In this document: piece after piece, positions 10,921-22,949 of the stretch | Layout: each line of letters begins with the position of its first letter | Position numbering within the stretch: the stretch's first letter is position 1 | DNA from: Cycas panzhihuaensis | Lineage: Eukaryota; Plantae; Cycadophyta | Reading direction: 5' to 3' | Length of the DNA: 64,000 bases | Assembly: GCA_023213395.1 (NCBI GenBank) | Contig: CM041465.1 | Span: forward strand, 165,237,741 to 165,301,740 | Translations under genes and position numbers: made by a program | Notes under the pieces: model-generated | Database searches by the model: none | What the model was told of the DNA's origin: nothing | What the model saw: only the letters and a program-made list of their open reading frames with translations

Positions 10921-13900
10921 ATAGTTCTCGATATTTCTCTATCGCCTAGAAAGGTTGTAATTCTTGACATACTCATCGGCTCCAGCAACACTGTAAGGGG
11001 GGATCATAGATGGAGACTATATAGAAGCCCATTTGTCCAACATCTTAGCTGTTTCTAGTTATTTCTCCTTCAAGTCAATCACCATACTCATCTCTGTTGC
11101 CTGCGTCACCATTTTATTTATCACGTACTCATCTTCGTTCCCTGCTTGGCCATTCCTCTGTGAACATGAACTATTAATCCCAATTTTCTTAGGAAAAGAA
11201 TAGGAAAGTTATTCGTTCTCATTTTGGCTTTGATTTTTTTGTTATAGCCATTTCCACATGGTGAAAGGTCAATTATCTAATATAACAAACTATGTGAGAT
11301 GCTAAGGATAATACTCTGCTAGATGTATATTGTATACGAAATTAAAACAAACTATGAATCTCAGTTTCTAAGAAAAAGAGGAGAAGAGATTCATTCATTC
11401 TCATGTGGGGTCAATCTATTTGTTAGGGCCATTGATAGTTATGTTCATGCATTTTCCTTTAATATAATATTCTGTCAAAGGTGGTGATACATAGAGAATG
11501 CTCTACTAGGCCTATATAAGGTGAAATCAAACCATCAAATATAGTTTTCTCCAGAAAAAGGATGTAGTTATCAGAATTAGTGTGCCAATTTTCTGATATT
11601 TAATTTGATGCCTTCTCCTTTTCAGAACTATTTTTTTCTTATATATATAATAATAAAAAAGGTGGGGGGGGGTATATATATATATATAAAGGTACCTACT
11701 TAGATTGAAAAACTTCTCTATGCTCGCTTGATTTCGATACGTTATTTATTGGTGTTTTGAGTATTTGTAGTATGCCTTGTCTGAATATACACGATGGCGA
11801 CAATATTTTTACCCATATACATTATTGTTTATAAAGGTTAAAAAAAAAATTAAAGGAAATTGTATATTTTTTTGAGATCTGGGCATTTAAAGGGTATTAT
11901 CTCCCTTTGGCATTCAACCCCCATCCCTGTGTACCTCTTTATAATCCCTAACCTATTTAACAAGGGTGTCACTTCATATCTTTAAAAGTTCTTAGTGTTT
12001 TTAAATTCGATAAATGAGTTCACTATCCTGGTAATAGAGGGGTTTACTTTCTAACAGGTCTTGGGTTTAATCCCTACCCAGTCTACCCTCAGGTTGATAT
12101 TATAAGAGGGTTATATTAAGAATATAACTTTTTACCTTTTATTTTTTAAGAAATTATTTTTAAAATATAAGGTACTTGATTATTTTCTGCCATAACTTTT
12201 GACTGAATCATCAGTTTCTGATGAAACTAGTCTCATTGTGTCTAACATTTTCTGTAGATTGATTTTGACTGGTCATATGACCTATTTAGTACTGATTTGA
12301 CCCATTTTCAACCAGTTCAAAGTCAGACATTCATTTTTAGAGCCATTTTAAAACTATTTTCACAAAAATTATTTTTTAATAGATTGTATTTTATTACCGA
12401 GAGATTATTTTCTACCTAAATCTATTCTATAATCATCTTCTATCAAAAAACTTCATTACTAACCATTTATTTTATTTTTTAGGATTTATTTTTATCATTA
12501 TTTTAATCATCAAAAGTGGCACTTTAGTAGTTTTTAAACATTTTACCATAAAAGTACTTGTTGCTATTTTCACTATAACTTTTCTATTTTGTATTAGAAT
12601 TCAGTTCCGTTAGTTTCATTGGGAAGATGACTCACTCCTCTTCAAACTGACATAGCTTTTTATATGTTTTAAAGTGATTTTGTTGATTTTCAAATCTATT
12701 AAAGTTAAGGTACTTAATATCCTCTAATTATCATTATTACATATTTACACATTGTTTCTAAAAAAATTTCAATTGAAAATATATTAAACAGCTCTCTAAA
12801 TCATATTTGGTTATTTCTTATCACTTTATAATTTTTTTATTAGAATGTTTTATAATATTTTAAGCCCCTGCTTCTGTTGAGCTTAAAAAAGAGGGTTGTA
12901 TCTTTTGTCCATTTAAATATTAACTTATAGGAACCCGTTTTCAAAATGGTCAGTTCCATTGGATAGTTTTTTCATTAATATTTATATTAGTATAATTTTA
13001 CCTTGTTCTGACATTGTTTAGTACAACCTTGAAGCCGTCAAACTTGAGCATACAAGTATATCTTAACATGCTTGTCCTCTAAACTTGTTTTAAGAAAGTT
13101 CTATTTTATTTCTCATTGATTGCTTATAATACATATTTAAGGTTTTTACTTGACTTTCATATAAGCCTTTTTTTAAAGTTGTTTTAGTAACAGAAATTGA
13201 TCATAAAGTAAGTAACCAGCCAAGTGGACCTACAACTAAAATAGATACAATTTATTTTGTTTAAAAGTTTCTTTACATTCTTCATCTTTCTTAAGTAAAA
13301 ATATACATATATATTTTAGTTTTCAGCTTTGTATATCTTCTTCAAGGCAAAGGATTTTATGTATTAAAAAGGGAAAGTCATTTTCTTACATTGAAAGTTT
13401 ATATTTACTCATTTGAAAACTTAAAGGTTGAGAACTCTTTATTTTTCATCATCAATGTTTCCATTCAGATTTACATAATTAAAAAGGATCTTAGATTTAA
13501 AATTTGCTTATATATTCATTATACTTCAAAGACTATTTGAAATTATATCTCATAAGTTTGTCATTTATTTGAAAGGCATACACTTATTGAAAGTTTTTAA
13601 TTTTCATTCATCATTATTGAATATCATTTATTTCTTGCACTTATAAAAGTTGCATTTAATTTATTTAATTTTCAAAGTCATCTTTCATTCATTTGAAGAG
13701 CATTGCATTTTTTGAAAAAAGATTTTTATTTTCTTTTAAAAGTTTATTATTTATTTCATCTTGCTTAGAGCGTATTATTTTATTGTCAAGTTTTTCTTTA
13801 TTATATAAAAGGAATCTTTTTTTTCTAAGTAAGACCACACTCATAATTAATCTATTTTTCACATTAAATAAGATAATCTCAAAATGAACCACCATTTTTT

Positions 13901-14475
13901 TTCCAGCCTTACAAGGGGAACGATTATGACCCTTGAAGTTAGCACCCCGCACATGCTAATTAGTTTACTCATATTGGATGAGGATAGCCATTAACTATCA
14001 AGGTATTTGGTGGCAGACTAAGGTGTAGAACTTGTTCCTTTTATGGTGTTTGCAGACTAAGGCTAGACTTGGAGAGGGTGAGTGCCTTGGTTTGAGAACC
14101 TTCACCGCTAGACCTGTTGCTAGGTATAAGTCTAGCGTAGGTGGACCAACAATTCAGGGGGGTATAAAAGCCTTCTTAGCAGCCCGCGTACTAAGGTATA
14201 TCGAGCCTAGCACTTATGTACTAGTATATTGGGTCCCTATTTTTCCATGTATGGGCAAGCACTACTAGACAAAATAGCAATCGAAGGTTGCCCTATGATA
14301 AACTTAAACTTAGAGCCTAGTAGCCTTAATAGGTCATAGTTCACTTATTCAAAATATTTAGAAAAAACTTTGGGTTATATTTAGAAATAAATTTTACATT
14401 AAAACCTTTATTTAAAATTTAAATTCAAATATTTTTTTTATTTATCACATTTGATCAACACAACTTTAATTCAAA

Positions 14476-17400
14476 ATGACATATAGTTTTGGGAATATGA
14501 TTATCCCAAAATTTGATGGAAATAATTTCCTAATCTGGAGTAGGAGGATGAGACCCATCCTCATAGCTAACGACATGTGGGATATTGTGAGAACTAGTTA
14601 CAATGAATTATGATCAAATCCAACCGATGTAGAAAAAGTTACATATAAAGAAAATGTTAAAAAAGATAATGAAGCCTTAGCCCTTATCTTTTGTGCTTTA
14701 GAAGGTCATGTATTTCCAAGAGTTAGTGAATCTGTTAAGTCCAAAGAAGCTTGAGACACTTTACAACTAATATATAAAGGAGCCGCCTCCTATAAACTAC
14801 AAAACTTGAGAAGTAAGTTCAAAAATTTACGTATGATGCCTTATGAATCAGTAACTGAATTCATGACTAAAGTCTAAGATATTGTTAACCAAATGAGGTT
14901 ACTTAGGGATACCCTAACTGAACAAATGATAGTTGAGAGGATCCTTAGATGTGTAGGAGCTATAAGACATTTTGAAATGGTAGCTATTAGTATTAGTGTA
15001 TTAAAGGATTTAAGTACCCTCAAAGTAGAATAACTTAATGCCATGGTCATGTCTATAGAAGAGTAACAAAATGTAAATGAATCTTTAGAACATGCCTTTG
15101 TTACAAAGGCCCACATTCAATCTAACTCCCAAGCAGGAACCTCAAGACCAAAAGAATCTCCTCCAAGGAGAAAAAGTAGAAATTCTAGAAATAAAACCAG
15201 ACAAGATCCTCAATGATATCAAGCCCCTCACCAAAAGAGATAAGGAACACCCAATAACATGAAGACCCTCCAAGAAATCCCAATGTTCCAAGAAATCCCA
15301 ATCAAAGAAGATAAGTTGAGAATTATCCTTGGTGTCCACATTGTCATGGGAATTCTCAACCTTCAAGATGAACTCAGGAATATCGTGATAACTGACCAAG
15401 AAACAATCCTCCTCAATCTTATGAGGAAAGGGGGAGATCTTTAAATATTGATCATTCTTAATCAAGAAGTTGAATCCTATGTTATGGGATAAGAGATCCA
15501 TTGTATTGTACTTATTGTTATAGAAATGGTCACACTGAAGATAAATATTTTTTAAAACATGGACCACCATCTAGAGGATACACTTTAAATTCATCAGAAT
15601 TAAAGGTTAATAATCGATTATTTCTGTCCATCTTTTTTGCTAAAGAAGAAGAGGATGATAATTGGTATATCGATTTAGGTTGCTCAACCCACATGACCCA
15701 TAAAGAATATTTATTTCAAACCTTGGATAAAAATAGAAAATAGTCAATAATGTTTGGTGATAATACTTCTTATGAATTAGTTGGGAAAGGTAACATTACC
15801 TTGTTGACTGATATTAGTAAATATAGATACTTAGATGATATCGTATATGTCCTTGCCTTAAGGAAAAACCTATTATCAGTAGGACAGATGATGGGACAAG
15901 ACTATAAGGTGATTTTTGACAATGATGAATGTGTCATCAAAGACAAGAGAAAAAATAAAGATATTGTTACCAAAGGTATAATGACTAAAGATCGTTTATT
16001 TAAGCTTATCCTCACCCCTTCAGATACCTATGCCCTAAGAACTTCAACTATAATGGATAATGATTTGTGGCATAGATGGTTTGGTCACCTTAACTACAAC
16101 AACTTAGCTCTTATGAAAAGGTTAGATATGATTAATGGTTTACCACCTATTGATGTTAATAAAAAGTTGTGTGAGGGATGCCTTTATGGCAAACAATATA
16201 GAGAAAACTTTCTAGATTTTAGCTATCGATCATATGCCCCTCTTCAACTAGTATACAAAGATATTTATGGACTGATGACTACTCCCTCCTTAGTAGGTGT
16301 AAAGTATTTTCTGACATTTATTGATGATTTTATAAAAAAGACATGGGTTTTCTTTCTAAAATATAAATCAGATGCTTTTGACCAGTTTATTGACTTCAAA
16401 ACCTTTGTTGAGCAGTAAAGTGGATATCATATCCTTTCTTTAAGATTAGATAATGGGGGAGTGTTTACATCTAATGCTTTTAAGGATTATTGTATCCACC
16501 ATAGGATTAGGAGATAATTTACCAACCCCTACATCCCACAACAAAATGGTGTAGTAGAAAGAAAAAATAGAACTATCGTTGAAACGACACGGTGTATGCT
16601 TAAAGATAAAAACTTGGGCCATGAATTTTGGGCTGAAGCGGTTCATACATCTATCTACCTACTTAATAGATGTTCCACCAAAGTGCTTAGGTGGAAAACT
16701 CTAGAAGAAGCATGGACTGATTATAAACCAAGTATACATCATCTTAGGGTATTTGGATGTCTAGCATATGTCCATATCCCTGACTAAAAAAGAACTAAGT
16801 TGGATGGCCATAGTATTAAATGTATCTTTATTAGGTATAATGAATCTTCTAAATCTTACAAAGTTTATGATCCGAAATCAAGAAGAGTTATGGTGAGTAG
16901 AGATGTCAAATTTTAGGAAGACATCTATTACCAAGATAATCAAGAAAAATAGAAGGAGATTACCATTAGATTTGACACATGAAATAAATCCAAATATGTG
17001 CCTCATATGTGGAGAAATATCTAGAAACCCACTAGGGAAGAAACGTCATCTCAACCTCCACTACAACATCTACCTAAATGCGTTCAACATAACTATGACT
17101 TAGGAAATATATTGGATAACAATAGAAGATCTACACGCTCATGCAGGGTCAACTTTGCCCTAATGAGTAAGGTAGCCAAAATTCATGAACCTCAAACCTT
17201 TGATGAGGCTAATCAATATGAATGTTAGTAGAAAGCCATGAAAGAGGAATATAAGTCCATTATTAAGAATGATACTTGGGAACTTGTAGATCTACCACCA
17301 AAGAAGAAAGCTATTGGTACCAAATAGGTCTATAAGATCAAGTTCTACTCTGATGGGTCCATCGATAAATATAAAGCTCGATTGGTTGCAAAAGAATATG

Positions 17401-18715
17401 CTCAAAGAGAAGGCATAGACTATACAGAAACATTTACGCCAGTTACTAGGATGGAATGTGTTCACATGATGATAAGTTTAGCCGCCCAAATGGGTTAGAA
17501 AGTTTATCAAATGGATTTTGAAAAGTGCTTTCTTAAATGGTTATGTCAAAGAAGACATCTATATCACTCAACCCCTCAGTTTTGAAGTCAGGGGGGAAGA
17601 AAATAAAGTGTATAAGTTAAAGAAGGCATTATATGGTCTAAAACAAGCACCTAGGCTTGGTATTCCCAGATAGACAAGTATTTTAGAGATCAAGGGTTTG
17701 AAAGATCTCACGCAAATCCAAACTTATACACCCAAATAAAGGGAAATTCAATATTGATTATAGGACACTATGTGGATGATTTAATTTATACTGGAAATAA
17801 CTCCTGTCTTTTACATCAGTTTAAGGATGCTATGTGTAAGGAATTTGAGATGACAGACTTAGGCCTCATGTATTACTACTTAGGATTGGAAGTCTGGCAG
17901 GACAAATAAGAAATATTCATTTCTCAACACAAATATATATTGGATCTTTTACAAAGATTCAAAATGACAAACTGCAAACCATTGAAAATACTAGCAAAAA
18001 TTGGAATCAAACTTTCTAAGATAGATAACTTGACTTTGGTTGATCCCATACTCTATAGACAACTCATTGGCAGCATAATATATTTAACATCTACTCGATT
18101 AGATATAACATATTCAGTCAGTGTTGTATCTAGGTTCATGCAGGATCCAAAGACATCTCATTGGCAAGCTACCAAAAGAATCCTTCGATACCTTAAAGGG
18201 ACTCTAGATTTTAGGTTGTATTATAAATCCACATCCAAATTTTAGTTGATTGGTTATATAGATCCAGATTAGGCAGGTGATCTAGATGATAGAAAGTTTA
18301 CAACAGGTTATGTATTCAGTATGGGATCAATAATAGTAGCTTGGAGTATAAAGAAATAAAATACTATTTTGTTATCTACAATCAAGGCAGAGTACAAAGT
18401 CATAGTTTCAGGAGCTTGTGAATCAATATGGCTGAGAAAACTTTTACAAGATTTTTAGATTAAATAACAAGGTCCCATTAGAATTTGGTGTGACAATCAA
18501 AGCACTATTCAAATGGCCAAAAATCTACTATTCCATGGTATAAATAAAAAATATTAAGACTCAACACCACTTCATTCGAGAACTTGTACAAGCAGATGAG
18601 ATAGAGTTAACTTATTGCAGCACCAAAAATCAAACAGTAGATATTTTTACAAAAACTTTGGGAAAGATCAAATTCGAGCAGTTTAGAGACAATTTGGGAG
18701 TCATACATATTAGAA
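14476..18715 (+). pseudogene. gag-PR-INT-RT-RH of Copia C (all domains present, scattered stops and frameshifts)
   Basis: IPKFDGNNFLIWSRRM (gag), YCTYCYRNGHTEDK, WYIDLGCSTHMT (PR), LWHRWFGHLN..CEGC and YFLTFIDDF (INT), KYKARLVAK and HYVDDLIYTG (RT), WCDNQSTI (RH). Confidence 0.95.
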
Positions 18716-18728
18716 TTATGGGGGAGAA

Positions 18729-19076
18729 TGTAGGGAATAATCCCAATGTCATTAAAAGATCTGTGTGCTTAGGGCCCCTTAAAGCCACCTTTGAGGGCCC
18801 CTAGGGCACCTTAAGCCTCCCAATAGCCACCAGGAGCTGACATCACTTTATTCAGGTACGTATTTTATTTATTATTATTAATTTTTTAATATATTTTAAA
18901 ATTTATGTTGACGAACGTGTAGGTAGGGTGATGACGCTTGTTGCCTCCCCAAAATCTCTATTTAAAGGGTGGGAATACCTCCCTAGTATTTTTTAACACC
19001 GCTAACTATCAGAAATCACCTGTTTTCTCAAAATGCTCATGATCTAAAGTCCTGCTCTGCTCCTCTGAATCTATCA
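18729..19076 (+). repeat. 3' LTR of Copia C
   Basis: TGTAGGGAAT...CTATCA, follows the PPT. Confidence 0.95.
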
Positions 19077-19081
19077 ATTTT

Positions 19082-22020
19082 ATTATATAAATCCATATAT
19101 AATCAATCAATTTCTTCTCTTTAGGTAGCTCACCAAGCTCCCAAGTATCATTCTGTAAGATAGAATCCATTTCTTTGATCATTATTACTTGTCATTTTGG
19201 ATCTGTAACAACTTCCTTAAAAGTAGAGGGTTCAAGAGCTAACAACACTTTTGCCATTAAGGCAATGTTAGTAGATGACCTATATTTTGATTATCTCTTT
19301 GCTTATTTTTATGGTAAAGGAGCAGAAGAAATCATCTACATGTACTATTTTGGCAACCATTTTGAAGTAGCCTCATCTTGAATATCCTTTAAAGGAATGA
19401 TAGATGAAGATTTGGATATAGAGGCAGGTGGTGCAGATGTGGAACTAGGAGTAAATATTGATGTTAGAGGCATATATATACTAGAGGAATAATTTATGGA
19501 GTAGGAGGAGCAACTAGGGCTTTATTTGACTTATCATCAAAGAATAAGATCTGATTGATATCCACTTCCTGGTTCTCTTATGAAAATATGACATCATGAG
19601 ATGTATGCATTTGGTTAGTTGTAGGATCATACAATTTATATGTTTTGTAGGCAGGTTGATAACCAATATAGATATGTTTCTTACTCTTATCATCCAACTT
19701 TTTACTATGTTCTTTTGGTATAAGCATGTACACTATTCATCCAAAAGTACATAAGTATGAGGCTATAGGGTTTTGACCTAATCAAGCCTCCTTAGGAGTA
19801 ATGTTTAACACAACCTTGGTAGGACTTTTTCTTGTGAGATATGTTGTTGTATGAAGGGCTTAAACCCAAAATTGAAGTCCTAAACACTTGGCAACAAGCA
19901 TGGCTTTACCTTTTCTAACCAAGGTCTAATTCATTTGCTTAACAACTCTATTTTATTGAGGGAAATATAGAGCATAAAACTATCATTTGATGCCATTATC
20001 CTTATAGAATTGGATTAACTCATTAGATGTGTATTTATCTCCATTATCAAAATGAAGGATTTTTAGTAGCCTTCTAAATTCAAATTTTGTGCCATGCTTA
20101 AACTCTTTGAATTTGTCAAAAGCTTTTGATTTCTACTTCATGAAATATACCTAGACTTTCTTGGAGTAATCATCAATGAATGTGATAAAGAAGTGGTAGC
20201 CTCCAAAGGATACTTGAGATATGGTCCCACAGATGTCTGACTGTACTAGGCCTAAAGGTTCCTTGGCATGCCAGGCTCTCTTATTTGACCTAAAAGGAGC
20301 CTGCTGGTATTTTCCCATTACACATGCCTTATAAATACACTTAATCTCCTTTATGTTTGGTATGTTATGCATCATATTTAATCTATAAAGTAGATGAAGG
20401 TTGCCCATATTCAAGTGACCTAAGCATTGATTCCATAGATTATATTTTAAAATCTCAGGAGAAACATATGTTTGAGAAGTAAATTAATCATCTGAATCTG
20501 ATGTTGTACTAGAAGGATTAGAAGTTGAGGCTAAATTACTATAAGAACTAAATTTAGGTTTGTGGTCTGGTCACAACATCAAGCTTATAGAGTCCTTGAT
20601 CTTTATATCCTAAGGTAATTAAGTTATTATTCAGATCTATAATCAAACAATTTCCAAGATGGCTAAATAAAATATCAAACTTTTATTTAATTATTTGGCT
20701 AACTAAAAGTAAGTTACATGTCATACTAGGTGTATAGAACACATTGTTGAGATAATGATAAGTGTTTAAATTCTTTAGTGAGATAGGAACATCACCAATC
20801 TTGGCAACCTCTAAAGTACCATCATCTCCAAAAGTGATAGATTGATTCTTAATGAATCTTGTATTAGTTAGGACTTCTTCTAAACCTATCATGTGTTGAG
20901 AGGCACCTAAATCAAGCAACCAGGAGATATCAAAATGATGAGATAATGAAGCAACAAAGACAATGTTTTAAGAGTGAACTATGTGGCCTCTCTGATTCTA
21001 TCTCTGGTTGTGATTTCTATTCTATTGGTTCCTCTAAGGAGTATTTTGATTTTGTCTCCTTAGTCCCTGATAGTTTAGCTAATTCTGTCTTTGATCTCTC
21101 TAATAGTTTCCACATCCATGAGTTTGATTACCTTACATAATAGGGTAGTTCTAAAACTATTGTTACTAAAGGTCAACTCTCGTTTTCCTATAGTCTGGTG
21201 CTATATGTCTAGGTTTTCCATAATAGTAATAAATAATCTAAGGATTATAAGATAGTCAAGGTTGATGTGGTTGATATAACTGTTGCGTAGGTTACTTATT
21301 TAAATTTATTGAACTAAACTAATGTGTCAACTATAGATATTAAGGCCTTTTTCTATATCAGGTTACAAATGTTGGTGTAGAAGATGAAGCACCTAGATTC
21401 CTTGAATGGTTTAAAATGTATTCTTCTTAGAGTAGTAGACCCTTAAATATATTAAAATAAATGATAACAAGCTAATTTATATATGATAGATTAGATATGA
21501 AGGCATTAAAACTAGTTGGTAAAACATTAATAATATAGGATAAAAGATCATTGTCTCGTAGTGGCTAGCTCATAACTATAAACTTGTTCTTAATCATCTT
21601 AATTTGGGAAAAGTGAGCTACTATGGATCCTATAAATATAATGTAAAAAAACTGGGCTTTGAGCATCACAACCCTAACACTATCCTTCCTCTCATAGAGT
21701 GCATAAATGATATTTCATATATCTATAGAGGCAGAGATAAGTTCTATATTCCGGTTGATATTATCCTCACAGGACAAGTGAAGAAAAAAAATGGTAACTT
21801 TATCAAACTTATTAAAGGTAGTTACAACATTAGGATTAGGTGGAATAAGGTTATCAAGATTATTAAGATCTTTAATAGGAATAGACTTAAGAATTTTTCT
21901 AGAAACATAAGACCAAAGTTTATTTATAATTAAAATATTCTTGACATATTTCTTCTAAGCCAAGAAGTTATCATTTCCAAATAGTTTAATAGTATTAGCT
22001 GCAATTGTTTAAAGTTCCAT
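19082..22020 (-). pseudogene. gag-PR-INT of Copia B (5' part)
   Basis: ATG at 22020-22018 with a gag start similar to that of A (NTIKLFGNDNF); LDLGASQHMIG (PR); CKACVMGK-like and FFITFIDDYS (INT). Confidence 0.88.
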
Positions 22021-22476
22021 AGTGTTTGATATATGTCATGTCTACCTAAAAAAGGGGATTTAGTCTAGGATCTAAGTCTCAATGTCTCTACTCCTAAATA
22101 TCCCATAATAGTTGAGACAATCTTGTCTAATGGTGTACCTACTGACAAGTGGTAGGTTAGGGATCCAATATACCTAAATGTACATATGTACTATATAAGG
22201 CTCAGTCACCCTTGACACTGTTGACCCAGCTATAATAGATTTACAGCATGAATGAAAGATTCTTGTCTAAGGGCATACTTATAAGTAAGATGCTCACCCC
22301 TTTTAGGTTTAGCCTAGTCTCCAAACTACAAGTTTTAGGTATAAACACTTTAGCCTACCACTAATTACACCTAATAGCTAATGGGCCTCTCTAATATCCA
22401 TAGAATTTGAGAAGGATGAATAACATATGCAGAGTGGTAACTTTAGGGGTCATAACCATTCCCCTTACAAGGCTGG

Positions 22477-22836
22477 CGTTTGGGAACAAGAAATCATACA
22501 TAAATGTTCCCACACGCAGGATCTTTAACCATACACAACAAGCAACAAATGGGAAATACAGAAAACAGATACACAATACATAGGTATTTACGTGGGAAAC
22601 CATTTCAGGAAAAAACCTATCACAAAGAGGATCCTTGATGGATCACTTGATTATTATACAATGAACTTGGATATGAATATATAAGGCCTTAAGGCTTTTA
22701 TACTCTCTAAGAGGTGTCACCCAATTAGGGTTGTGACCCTTCGAATAAATCAAACCTTTTGGATTCACATCCTTTCACTTAATTAAACCATATTAACATT
22801 AATTAAGTAGCTTAATGATTAACTGCCATGTTAACA
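22477..22836 (-). repeat. 3' LTR of Copia D
   Basis: Direct repeat of 28549-28908. Confidence 0.95.
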
Positions 22837-22949
22837 TCCCCCTTTAATGTAAATGTGGTAAACCTGCAATGTGCAACAGTTGAGTTATCATGAAGGCTGA
22901 GACTATCCTGCAGCTTCTTTATCCTTGTCGATAGATCCCCCCTCAAGGA

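Larger units (their letters stand above)
9306..19076 (+). mobile_element. Ty1/Copia element C, full-length with a ~4.8 kb cargo-bearing leader, inserted at the start of the RT of B
   Basis: LTRs 9306-9654 and 18729-19076 (roughly 90%+ by eye); TSD ATTTT at 9301-9305 and 19077-19081; PBS TGATATCAGAGC 9657-9668; PPT GGGGGAGAA 18720-18728; the reading frame of B rejoins across the insertion (YIWIYIIK|FHTDGSI). Confidence 0.95.

Noticed and set aside
10945-11000. YSVAGADEYVKNYNL resembling a WD40 (DCAF8-like) motif
   Set aside because: Only a few matching residues; not supportable
14010-14210. Group I intron-like words (GCAGACTAAG; TAAGGTATATCGAGCC) in the conserved pre-gag block
   Set aside because: The TAGTC partner needed for P7 is missing in all three copies and no P/Q elements are seen; an Infernal search would be needed to revive the idea
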